Of a stretch of DNA of 64,000 bases, positions 50,991 to 64,000 are shown piece after piece. This DNA is from Acanthaster planci (lineage: Eukaryota): positions 1,622,240 to 1,686,239 of the forward strand of contig NW_019091358.1 in NCBI RefSeq assembly GCF_001949145.1. The letters run 5' to 3'. The notes under the pieces are model-generated. The model saw nothing but the letters and a program-made list of their open reading frames with translations. It was not told the DNA's origin and did no database searches. Numbering within the stretch: the stretch's first letter is position 1; the number at the start of each line of letters is the position of its first letter. A program made the position numbers and the translations under genes.

Positions 50991-53900
50991 CCCCTTCCTT
51001 ATGGAAAATACATTGCAAAGAAGGGCCAAAAACAGCTAAGAGTGTCTCCTCTGCTGAAGAAGGACAGCTGTAATTGTTAATTGTTTAAAGCTTGAACTTT
51101 GACACGTGCACAAGTTGAGTTCCTGAATAGTTGATACACCCGTATATTTGACATTACCAGGACTCAAATAACTTACACGTACCTATTCATTGAAAAGTTT
51201 GAATTGACATCCCCACATAGAAACCATATCTGTTCACAATGTACAGTTGTACTTGTTACAAGTGATGGAGTGGTCAGAATCTGGTGAGAGTTTTCAGCCT
51301 ACAAACTATGTCTGTCTTGAGAAAAAAAGTAACTGAAGTTTTTCAAGACTTGCCAGCATCTGTACAATTGAAAGTTATCCCAATTCTCATATCCCACTGA
51401 GTTAGTCTGTGTATGTGGTCATTGTTAACTGTGTCCTCTCGGGATTCGTTGTGACTTATTGCCAAATTTATTGGAATAGTTTACCCCTGCAATGCTCATT
51501 ATTTCTTTACTGGCATCATCAAATTAGGAGAACGGTAAAATTTATGGATGCCATTTCCAGTTGTTTATTAGATATCAAATCTTCCCAGGTATAAAATAAA
51601 TAAACCAGTTTTGGGATTATTAAACCTATTGAGTATCCGTGGGAACTCTGGGAAAGTTTAGAACTTGCACGTGCAAATGGTCACATAAAATGTTGTTGTC
51701 AAAGATGGACCCATTTTTCTCAGAAAATAAGGCAAGCCTGTTTCATAGTTCAAAAATTTGCTAATTTCATCAGTTATGGGGGTCTAGATGTATATTAATA
51801 ACTTTCCTGCATGGCTTATTTTATGTGCCATTGTCAGTCATCAGAAATCTGCAAGGTAAATATTTGACTAAGAATGCCCTGCTTATCAGAGAGGTGAATC
51901 GGTAGCTGAAATTTTCAAAGGTAGGGGAACACAAATGAAGAGTCAGGTTCTCAAAGGTAAATATTTGATTGGTGAGTTTGTCTGGTTGAGCTCAGATTTT
52001 TTTGTTGCACTCCCAGTGTGAGTATGCCCCACTCTGAGGCAAATTAAGTACACTTTGTATCACACTCATAGCCACTGGCAAATCTTTGTATGTGAACAAA
52101 GTTGAGCAGAATGCTGCAACCTTCAACGCTTTCAAAGGAATTGCAAATTATGATCAGTTCTTTTAGGTAAATTTGTGTACTTTGTTGGCAGAGCTGGGTC
52201 GTGGTTTTTGTTTTTACAAGTGAGTTTAGCTGATGAGATTACAGAGGAGGAAAATTCTCAAGTACATGCATTGGGTGCATAGAGCAATTGATGGAACTTG
52301 CATTTGTCATGCCATTTACAAGAACAGCTCTTCAGTCTACAAGCTTGAAAGTTGGAAGCATCTTGATGCGAGTCTGGAAATCTAAACTTCTGTATTTTCT
52401 CAAGTAATCACCAAAACCACATGCTGAAAACTGACACTGAGGCATCAACATAAAACTAGAAGTTTTAAAGAGCAGTTATAACTTATGGAATTCTGTAGGC
52501 TACCGGATCAAATTTACATGTAGCTTGCGCAAACACCTGAACATGGTGTACATCAACTCTGGAATACACTAATTGGACAAAGACACTTGTAGCCATCAAC
52601 CTCATTTCTGCCAAGTTGGACGTAAAATTCTACTGTTATTAATGCTGTGAAATGTATAATAGCTGTGCATGAGAAAACAAATTTTGGGAGAACGCAATTA
52701 CATACATTTGATTATACTGTACATGTACAGTGGGCCATGATTTCACTCTCAGGCAGGTCAGGAAAAAATGTGATCAGATGATGGTTTGGTGATTATTAAA
52801 GCCTGACTGGGGGTTGAATGGTAGTCATCAGCCCACTGTTAGGATGAATCACTCATCACTCTAACCTTGCTACATTTGTGGCCATTATTCTGCTCCCAAA
52901 GAGTAATGACAATTCCCTGACATAACTTAATTTGCCTCAGCTGACATCTTGGAGTTTGCTAAGAGCATGGAGGAAAGGGATTTGATTTGCGGGGATAGTC
53001 AGTGTCAAAAAGCTGTTACATCTGACATACATAACATTTAATCTGTTGCCACAAATTTGGTTCCAGGTTTTACCAGAAAGGTCCCAACCATGTTTGCCCT
53101 TACAATATTTACTTGCCACGTTACTCTCACGTCGAAAACTTTCACTGCAAAGTCAGTTGGTTATGTACATGTACTTATGTCATTATGTGGGCTACACATA
53201 CACCATGTTACTCCTGAAGTTTTGAAGAAGCCCTTGCAACATACACTTGCTAACCAGGCAGAAGAAGATGCTAGAACATACATGATTTTTGAAGTATTTT
53301 CATACTATTGTCATTGTATTATTTGCAGTTCATAGGCAGACCAGAATATTAAGATACCTTATCAATTTTGATAAAAGTGTTTTGATAGTGTTGCATCGAT
53401 TAATACATCCAGTTCATTGTTTAGTGTAATTCTTTCAACATTTTATAATTGACCACATATAAAGTGACCGTGTTAATTTCAGGCCAGTTGCATACCTACA
53501 AACAGGTTGCATAATAGAATTCCCTCATCAGAGAATTTAACTCCTAGTGAACTTTAGATCAAAGTATAAATACATAGTCATTCACCTGTGATTGGGACTG
53601 ATAGCTTCTGTTAAATTCAGTGTTAAGGCAATCATGTTCATCTCTCACACACTAACAAATCTGCAATAAATATCAGCAAGTTTGATTGTAGTTGATCAGT
53701 TACAGTAATGAAAGACCAGGAAGTACTTTGTTTTAGATAAAGATCATCAGATATTGATGGTATTCAGAGCAAAGGCTGATAGGAAATCTGGCGTTTATTA
53801 TCTAAACATATTTTCTATTGAAACCCTAATCATGCACACGTTTGTAGACAGAGCACTGTCAATCTTGCTTTCCCAGATAAAAACGATACTCATGTTATGG

Positions 53901-56900
53901 ACTGTGCCATACTGTAGCTCATAATTTGGTTGAGCCCTGTTCTAGAACCTACCATTGTTGTATCTTTGGTTACCTCAGTTGAATCCACAATTTAACAAAT
54001 ACCATTAGCCATAAAATCTTGCTTCCTCCCTTGAAGTGATCTTTATCCAGTTCTGTTTATCCAGTTATGGTAAAAGATTACATCTGTAATGTGTATAACC
54101 CCCCCCCCCGAACCATACATCAAAACAGTACACAAGCCACCTTAAATTTCTCAGTATGAAAAAAGTGAGGGGGATGATTCAATAACTTATCCTTGCTAGT
54201 CCAAAAGTAAGGATGGGGGGAGGGAGATGTATACCCCTATCCTCCAGAATTTATGCCCATGAGGCTGGCTTCAGCATGGATACAAATAAAGTTGGTTGAA
54301 CTTGGCACATGTACTAATTAGTACTCGCTCAGCGTATTTCACGTTCTGGTACAGTGTTTCAATATGTATCACCAAACTCGGCATGAATCAAAGGTGAGAT
54401 GGATCTCGAAAGTTCAAAAGTCAGCCATTTGCTCATTGCCTTTCTGGTAATGGGTGTTGACACAGGTGGGAGTGAGACATAATGGGTGTGCACACACACC
54501 TTGGACACATTGGATACATGCCTTGCAGAATGCAAACAGTGTCTAGTTGGCTGCCAACATTAATGTCAGGATGTGAGAAATGTTTATAGCTGTTGTTTCA
54601 ACACCTGGATGGAATGTTTATGACAGTTACTGGTAACACTTGTCTGGCTGCTGATAGGTGAATCTATAGGTTTGAAGCTTGCATGCAGTTTTTTTTTTAA
54701 AGTTCTCCCTGCAATTTGCACCTGTTGTTTTTGTACTATTGCAAGATGTGTGAAAACATGAGGCAGCTGGGAGAATACTAATGAAGTATTTTCTACTTTT
54801 TCCCAGACACATTTACTAATGTTTGTTTTCTTTGCCCTGTTAGTGAAACTTTGTTTGCATTTACAGTACACTGATGGAAGATCCCTTTGAAAACGGAATT
54901 CATTTTATGGGTCACTTTATACACATTAAGAATTCTTAGATTCTGCTCTGATGAACTTGAGTGATACAGTTTTGGTCTTTACCTGAGAGAAAATCTGGGT
55001 GATTGCACAATCTACAAGTAGAATCCCTGTTAATGCACATCCTTTCATAATCTCATTTCCTTATGTGTTCCCATGCATATTATTGTTGGCCCTCCTGCTC
55101 CACTCACAGTAAATTGGCTGTGGTATGTTTGTGACCTTGCAGGGACACCCACTGCAATGTTTACCACATTCTTACCAGCAATGGTGATATATGGACCAGT
55201 GCCATTGTAGGAGCTGGTTTATTCATTATAGTCAGGAATAATTGGGAGGATGGCACTGATCTGAGGCCGCCTGGGGCATTTGCAAGCCACTCATCATGAT
55301 ATAGGACCTAAATTTTGAACACTGACATCACAAAAAAGTGCTCAGCAAATGTGGGATATGCCTACAAGTGCTGTGGCAAGAATTGATGGGTTTTCCAAGG
55401 GGTAGGGGGGTGCAGAAGGGAGTTCCACTTAAGGTGTTCATTGTTTTTTAAACCAAACAGCAATACATTATTTAATGAAGGTGACAACTCGTGGGTTTTG
55501 GATACATGATAACGAAAAATAGAGTAGCAAATACATGTATCTGGGACATTCTGCTTTTCATGTGCCCACTTGCCTTCCTTGTTAAAATGTTGGCAGTTGG
55601 AATTCTGTGTTCTTTAAAATCACAACCCCCCTCCCAGGGCCAAACCAGCCTATGCCCCAGGGTTTAATGGTACAGTATTGGCTATTGGCCAGGTGTCCTA
55701 TGTTTGCTTTGTAAAACACTTCTTTACTGACTGTTTCCAGTAAATTTGTGTATGTATTGCTATAAGCAGTGCCTTAACACAGCTCCTTCATCTGTCCATC
55801 ATTAGTTTCTTGAAGTTAGCACTAGACATGGGCAGATCCATGGGCACATCATAAGAACAATATATAAGTCTGATGCTCATAATTTTTGCTGAATTGGGGG
55901 TATTATGGGGTAGCTGCTTGCTGGGTGGGGGGTACGTGTTGTGGGGCTGAGGAGCTTCCCTTAGCAATGGGCCTGATGTATGTGCAGTTCAATAATGTAT
56001 TAAAAAGGTGCTAGAACAGAAACATAACAAAACTGCATTTTTGATATACTACGTCAGCACATGCAATCTCTGATCAGATTATTGAATCAAATCCTAGGTT
56101 AGCCTTCCTGATTCTTATGTCATTCCCAGTGATCTTCTCTCGCAAATCTCACCAGGGATTAAGGAATAATGATACACTTTGTTGGAGCAGTTAAGTGATT
56201 GAACAAACAAGGAAGATGGGGACACAGCGTCTGGAAATTAGGACTAGTCCAAATAATTGGGCTTTTCCCCTGAACTTTGAAATGAGTAATCATGTGCATT
56301 GGTCGTGTTCAAGATGTTTGGTTACATAAGAGGAGAATTTTCTGTTATGACCAGAATCCAGATTGTCTCCCTGTTTACAAGCAAACGCCTCGGGGTAATG
56401 TAAAAGTTAAGGGGCTAAACTGAATTTTAGGTTTGAAAAAAAATCCAGCAAGAAGTATATGTAGAATATCCAACATACTGAAATTATATCCAGGGGACAG
56501 TTTCATGAAACTGGTACTTGCAGAAGGGACACAGTCGATGTACCAAAATGTCAAGGGACTTCGGGTTACCTTCTTTGAGCTTCAGTTCTCTGAAGGGAAA
56601 ATTTCTTGATTGGTGTTCTCTGATAAAAGTAAACCTCGTTTTACCCACTCAAATTTGAATCCCATTGCTACACCAACCCCAGCTCTTCGCAACTTCATTT
56701 ACGTCAGGTTTCCCCTTCTGGATATCCCTCAAACATTTACTACCCTTCCTTGAAAACATGAATTTTGCCAAGACTGATTTGTCTGTTTAAATGGTACTGG
56801 TAGAGTCTGATATTTGCAGCGGTCCACTGGGCCGGACCAGTGCACTGTACACCAACAAGTGTACATGTACTTATAAACCTCATCGTGGATCCATGGTGTG

Positions 56901-59900
56901 TGACCTAGATCACCAACTGTGCCTTTGTGAAGGCCTACATGTTTGCACACTTCATGGATGTTGCAGGGGAAAACCTGAAATGAACTGTCTCCTGTGAAGC
57001 CCTTTGATCAACTTCAGAATCCTGTGAGCTACAGCTGAAGTCTGATGGCTCTGCATATTTGTAGACTAATTGGAGCCATTACCGCTACTACAGGATGCTG
57101 GCAGTCCTTGTTGTAAGGGTCATGATGTATACATAAAATGTACATGTACAGTACATGTATGTACATGTATGTTGTACACGACAAGGACGTGCACTGCATA
57201 CCGGCATGCTTTATCTTCAAACAACTGCACGAACTTGATAAATATTAAGCAAGCCACATCACCGTAAGGCATAATCCATAGAATCATCAGCATACCATAC
57301 GTGCATTAAACTATCCGTTTACTTTTTACTTGACAGAAACTCTGTCAATTTTAAGATGTTTATTAGGCTTTCCTGTCTACATTTTGTTGTTGTTGAGTTC
57401 TTACTTTATCTTAACGTGGCTCCTGCTGAAGGTAAGCAGGTATAAGTCTGGATTGATTACTGTATCCTGCAGTCAAGCAATCCTCATGAAAACAGGGTTG
57501 AGCCCCAGCTTATTAAGGTACTCAGCAATCAGGGCATTTTAAGTTAGTTACTCTGTGTTTTCAGTCAATCTCAGGTATATTTCCAGTTACCCCACTGGTG
57601 AGTAGAAAGAGTGGAATTCAATTAGTTTTGTTCAACAGGGAACGTTGAAGCCCTCAGAGACTTACTGCTCGTAGTTTTTCAGACTTATTAATAAACAAAA
57701 AATAAATACAACCTAAACACCAAATGTGTGAACATTTCAAACAACTTTAAAAAGGAAGAGAATTTTAACAATTTGGTTGAATTTGTTGCCACTGAAACTT
57801 ACTTGTGGTAGTTAATTTGCTAAAAATTAAAAAAGAAACGAAATAAACTAGACAAAATAAATGAAGCAAAAACAACACAAGAAAGGAAATTTTGCTCGCA
57901 AAATCCTGTGATAAATACTACAGCCATCATATCATGAAGATATTTGACTGGTTTTCCAGAGAAATGAAGAAACTGTGTAAATTGCTGTTGTACTCCCTAT
58001 GTGCTGTGAATTGAAACGTACCCTTACTGGCAAATGAGAAACAGGCTGGTGGGAAGTGAATTCAAGCACACCCCTGGCATTCCAACTACATGTATATTGA
58101 TTGCACGTACTCATTAATGTGCCCCTCATGTCAAATGTGCAGACACCTGGGCGCTAACGTTATGAGTTCCCACTGAAGGACTGTCGTTTCCACGCAATAA
58201 CTTGCCCTCTGCTGTTCCCACTTCAAGCGGATTTCAGTTTACATGCACAATTGCTTTTCTCTTTGTTCAGTTTCACTGAATATTGGCCCAGTAATCTCGA
58301 GCATGATGAACTCATACACAGTACTCAAGTGTCCCACTGTGTCTTTCCCCAGATGAGTATACAGTTGTTTGTGTCTGGATATGGTAAACAAAAAACACGC
58401 CATATATTGAATTCCCAACTGAATGACACAAAAAGATTTGTGTAAACAACTACAAATACCAGAGTTTCAAGTTGGGAAGTGGAAAAGAGTGGAATGGCCC
58501 AAAAAGTACCTTCCAATTTTCCAGTTTCAGAGCAGCACCAGAATTATGTAGGAGACTGAAGAGCAGAGGATTGCTTCTGCTCTGGTTTGCTAATTGAACT
58601 CGGAGACTGTCAACTTTCAACTGCAGCCTGTCAGTAGTATACTATAGTCTAGATTCTGAAGTGTTTATGCAGCCGTGTGCTCAATTTTTCCGGAGTATCA
58701 CGTAAAAATTAAATTGGCGCCTGGTGCCTGTACTTGCATAGATGGGCATCTCAAAGGCATAAAACAGGAAGGAACCTGTAGCTTTGGGGAGCATGTATGT
58801 GAGGGGCAGGAAACTAAGTTTGAGAACAAGAAAATTGATAAAGTGGTGTTTTTGCAGGTGGCTATTTTTGCATTTTATACTTCTTGCTTATCGCTCAAAA
58901 CATGTCAGAAAAGTCTACCTTTCCTGTGTGAAAGAGGTATTGTTATAGGAGAAATGGTAATTTTATAGCCTCCCTATAGCTACAAGAGGAAAAATGATAA
59001 AAACCTGAGAAAAGGTTGACTACCTCAGTTTTAAATCACTTTGATCTGAAAATTTCACTTTCCTAATTTACTCCTGTACCTGTCAATTTGCAGAAATTTG
59101 CACAGCTTTGTGAACATGACATCAAGCCTGGAAACCGAGATGTGAGCCTGGGACCACCTCTCCTACCTTTAAAGATACTTTGTTCCCTTAAAGCACATTT
59201 CACAATTGTATGTTACTGCAACCAAGACTAAGTTTAAAATGCCCCTTTGACTATTAGACAAAACAGTATTTTCAGCATGATGGAACCCATAAAAGCAGCA
59301 GAAAGAGCCTCTCTGTGGTTTTGCTGTTTGTAAACTGAGGCACCCTAGTGGCTGATTTGACACTCAATTGATCTTATCAGGGGATATTTGTCAGTGAGGA
59401 TTAAATCAGGGGCTTTGTTATTTGTGTGATATGGCAGCTCAGCCAACCAGGAACTCCTGTGTTGAGGTCAGAAAGGGTGAGAACATGAATGTTGTCCCGC
59501 TGTGCCAGGCCTTGGGTAAAAAAGTTCAAAGTGGGGTAGTCTGTATCTGAGGGCAACAATGATTTGTTTTCACATTTAGCAATTACCTGTATTTCAACAT
59601 AGCTTCCATGGATTATTATGGTCCCAAATTGAAATTGAACTTCGAAATTTTCAGAGTTGTTTGACATTGATAGCATTCTACCTCCATGCATAAGGGGACT
59701 GACAGCTTCAAGGGCAAACAAAGTGATAATCCTTTGTGTCTCAGAAAATGCTTGATTCTGAAGTATCTGGCATGTAAAGCTTGGTGTGGTATGCTTGTTA
59801 TGTTATGTTGACATAAATCTTATCATGCCCTGTATGTATGGAGATACAGCTACCGTAGAGTCCCATTACAGCGTTCCCCTGATAAAATGCTCTTACCGAT

Positions 59901-62900
59901 ATAAAGCTCTATTTTCATTTCCCCAACTCCATGCTCTTTCACTATGTATATTTTTCTGTGGTTATATATAGTGCTGTTAAGGTGCAATTCTGCTAGGTCC
60001 CCTTGAGAGCGCTATTTAGGGGGAATCTACTGTACCTTGTTTCAATCATTGAAGCCTCTCTACTAGTTTAAGCTAGGTACTATCAGTGGTATGGTGGTTC
60101 CTATGGACCAACTTATTGCCCCTGAACTGGCTATACCTGCTACAGTGAAGAGAAAATCCCTGGACTTAGGAACAGCAGCCCTGGCCGCACAACTTTCTTA
60201 CTACACCCTGACAGCAGTAGCAGATAATGAACTTCACACTGTGTAAATGGTGCTGTTGATAAAAACTGTAGTTAACACATACTTTATTATTTGAAGAACA
60301 TGGAAATGTCTGCATCCACGATCCCCCTTTGCATTCTGTTCATGTCAGGATGAAGTGTTACACTGTATAGCCTATATTGGCTGGATGAAATCAAGTTTTT
60401 GGTGTATTCCTAATTGATTTGCATGTCCCAAACAGATCAGTGAGCAGGTACATGTGGGATGAACCCATTCAAAACCCTGGAAACAAGGGTTGGTCAACAG
60501 GTTCCCCTTTTTTTGGTTTCCAAGGTTGAGTTCTAAAGGAAAAAAAAAGAAAGGAAACTTTAGTCAACATTCGAAATTGCTACATGGAAAGCCCCATGTA
60601 AGTACCAACATAACTTTGCAGTGCATCAGGATTGTAATGTTATGACATCAAAGTTTAAAATTATGAAACAAATTTGTTGTCCAGCCTGCTGCATGCAACA
60701 ATTTTATTTCCAAGCCTGTCCTCGAAGCAAGGTTTCCTGTCTCAAGGTTAGTTGGTATATGTACTTCTCAGATGCTTCAGGACTTGGCCACATGTTTCAG
60801 CGATGAAGACCCCCCCCAAAAAAAAACAACACCCACACACATGCTTCTTTTCATTCTTCAGATATCTCTTTTTAATGTCTATTTTGGCATGTCTGAAATT
60901 AATTAGAGGCCATTTTTGTTTTGCACAGATGTATTGAAAATACTACCAATGTTCATTATTCAGACTTCTCTGATCATCCTTGTGTGATGGGAAACACTCT
61001 GTTCATGTACATAATTATTCCTGAGGCCAGACCTTTGGAGAGTTTTGTCCTTGATGAAAAGGGAAACAGCCACTTCAAAATCCATTAACATTACGTAACA
61101 GTGACACTAATAAGTTCTGTTACATGCAGATCACACCCACTGTTATTTGACCTTAATTACTTAACTTCAGCCTTCCTGAAGTGTGGGATTCATCTGGAAA
61201 ATTGCTAGAGCCAAGAAAGGAAAACACCTTATGTTTGGCCTAATAAAGCAAGAAAACTGTTACTGAGTTGAGAAAACTGTTATAGTGTTAAGCTTGTATT
61301 GGTAACCAGTACTTGTTTATTAGGCGCTAGAATTTGCTTGTGCTTCCTACTTTCCAAGATGGGATCTCTGGTACTGCTGATAGCCCGTTGTGCATTACAA
61401 ATTCCCTGTATGTATGTATGCAAATCTGTTGGAGGACAACTTAATTCCTCAACATTTGTGGGATGGCTGCTTACTACACAATGTTCCAAAGACTTTCTAA
61501 CCTCTAGTTGTAATCTCCATCCTTTCATAGGATGCCATTGAGCTAATCACAGCCAGAATAGGCAGCTTTAGCATTTACCTTACTTCAGCCTTGCTTCAAG
61601 CGGGTATTAACAAGTTTCATAAATACATTTTGGCCACCCTGCGAGATGGGTGCTTTAATAGTAGAGTACATTTTGGCCTCATTTACCCCAAGGTTATCAT
61701 GCCAAAGGTCAAAGGTGATGTATGAAGGATTGAAGATGTCATTGACCAGTTGAAACCTCAAGTGCCAAGTGCCAAAAGTCAGGTGGCCTTTTAGAATCTG
61801 GTTTATTTAGGTGGGACAGCTTGGTGTCTTCTTTTTATTTTCTTGTACTTTACAACTGGGAAATTAATGTTAACACACCCCAAGCTGACCATATCCGAAG
61901 GCCACCACCTTGGAATAATCACATAAAACCTCCAAAAATAGCTTGCTTTTCCTCAAAGCAAACAGTTAGGCTTATGTCTGCTCAGTTCTTCCCCCAGCTC
62001 AGGAAATCCTTCGGCCGTTAAAAGGTCAGGCCTTACTGAGTGGCTTGCTTAAGAAAACATGGCCATCCTTTCCTTGGATTAATGTGTGATTGAATTGGAT
62101 CTTCAAAATAGAGCAAAGGAAACACATTTCAACAACATGCTGGTGTGGAATATTGCAGGGTACTACCTTCTTGAATTGTGATGGAACCTTTCATTTGGTA
62201 AATTAGATTATCATGAAAAGGTCCCAGTGGGCTAAACTGTATTACAACTACACATGTGGGTATGATGAGGTTGGAAGCACATCAAGAAACGTATGTCTTT
62301 CCATGAGGGGATGCACACAGTTTTTAGGAACTGATTGATAACCGTAAGGCTTTACAATGTTGGCTGAAGCAGAGGGCCCAGTGGTATCCCCCAACTTTAA
62401 GGCAGGTCCTACATTTATAATGGGGTGGGATTTTTAATGGATACGTGTAGGTCTTTCAATGACTGATGCCTGATGGTCTTACAACTGGTCCCCCACTTTT
62501 AAAATCATTCCACCATGACTGCCCATAGAGGCCATAATTATATGCCCCTTCAATGTATGAGCAGACTCCCTCTTTACAACTAGTCCCAGGCTATGTGAAG
62601 TGAATCTTGAACAGAAGCACTTTGTAAATCCAGTGCAGAGTAAAGATGGATTGGGTGACAGATTAATCACAGTCTTGTTAACAAATGGTGAAATGCATGA
62701 AGTTTGTGAGTGATGAGATTGTGGATGTTTATTTGATGGAGTATATGGAACACTGATCTCAGCTTCAAAGCTTTTGCCACACAGTTTGTGGTATCATTAA
62801 AAAGGTTCCAAATCCGTAGCCATGCCAAAGTCCTTTTGTGGGTGCATGAGCTGTCACTGCTCTAAATGAAAACTCCAAAAGTGTGGGTGTGTTCCTTGCT

Positions 62901-63439
62901 GTATGGTTTGGCCTTTGCTAGGGACTTTGCTAGATTATTGTACTTTTAATTTACCTTTGAGCAAGATAAATCTTTTAATGTGGGGAAGAGTCATATTGCC
63001 TACAGTAGCTTTATATTAAGTTCCAACCAATTGTGTGGTTGCCTCACGTGAATTGTGGTTTCCCTCCCCAATTGATAGTAACATGTAAAGGTTAAAAAGC
63101 ATGTACAGTGTGGGGATGGAAGTGTGGCTTGTACTTTTGATATGCTAAGTGCCTTTCCGAATATAGATTTATTGGTGATAATGCTGTACTCATAGAGCTA
63201 GTCCAACCGACATATTAACATCAGTTTTCTTTATGCCTCTTTAGGTGTGTGGAAATTCATATGAAAATTAAAGGCTTAAGGACTGTCCAGGTTAATTAAC
63301 TTACTGACAAGATTCTTTGTTGGCCTGAGTGATATTAGCTTAGTCCACAACAAGGTCACATGGCATAAATTACACATATTTATATGTATCCCTCCAAAAT
63401 GTACCTGTTTACTCTTAAACCCTTTTAACACTATAGAAA

Positions 63440-63790
63440 TCTCAGGGTTGATGCGGGGCTTGTGCAAGATTGAAAACTGGCAACAATTCATACTTGAAAA
63501 TATTCGACCCTGTGCCAACCCTGCATTAACCCTGAGATTGAGTTCAATCCTGATTGAACTCAACCCTGCTCCAGACTCATGAAGGGTTAATATTTTTCAA
63601 TCCAGGTTAAAAATTCATACATTCATCATTGGCATATCCAGGTTGAACTCGAACCTGATAAGCTGGGTTTGCATGAAGCATATGAGAAGCAATGTCGGGT
63701 TGAACTTGAGTTGAAACATTGAATGTTCGACCCAGCGCAGTCATGGGCTTGCCCAAGGTTGATTTCAACTGGGGTTTAGAGGCTGCAGTG
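63440..63790. repeat. Degenerate array of direct and inverted AACCCTG/CAGGGTT and TTGAACTC/GAGTTCAA units
   Basis: ctcagggttgatgcgggg is inverted against ccctgcattaaccctgag. ttgagttcaatc-ctgattgaactcaa forms a local palindrome. Confidence 0.55.
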
Positions 63791-64000
63791 TGAAACAGCT
63801 GTTAATTTAGGTATCATGCAGCTGTGCAACCCCCCAACCCACCAAAAAAGAAAACAAATATTGGAGGGAGGTTCAGGCAAATGTAGTTTTGTTATTCTTT
63901 CCGATAGTTTCCATATATACTGCATTAAACATATGTTGCAATTTCACTTCTTTCACTTTAAATCTTCTTCAGTTTTTGCTTTTCTTTCTTTTACCCTCTT

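Noticed and set aside
56791..56997. Cys-rich 68-aa ORF as a possible ADAMTS exon
   Set aside because: Cys spacing matches no TSP1, Cys-rich or PLAC motif, and there are no good splice sites. TGT/TGC richness is expected in CpG-decayed DNA.

Overview
Eukaryotic, intron-rich, AT-rich animal DNA, probably a marine invertebrate deuterostome such as an echinoderm (inferred from composition and repeat style only). None of the supplied ORFs is a complete gene. The window holds the 5' part of one large + strand gene for a secreted ADAMTS-like protein most similar to THSD4/ADAMTSL6. Six phase-compatible exons (3159-3245, 17070-17203, 19191-19241, 25221-25287, 25745-25844, 29945-30078) give 191 aa: signal peptide, REKR furin-like site, split TSP1 repeat, and ADAMTS Cys-rich module. 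The next expected exon (xGCD...CGVCGG) was not found and probably begins just past the window end. Inside the >33 kb intron, a second signal-peptide exon (42174-42320, phase-0 donor) looks like the alternative first exon of a short isoform, paralleling vertebrate ADAMTSL6-beta. Introns carry a decayed RTE-type LINE, several palindromic non-autonomous DNA transposons (some nested, with readable target-site duplications) and a tRNA-like SINE head. CpG-rich sequence gives way to CpG-poor sequence near 29.5-30 kb.
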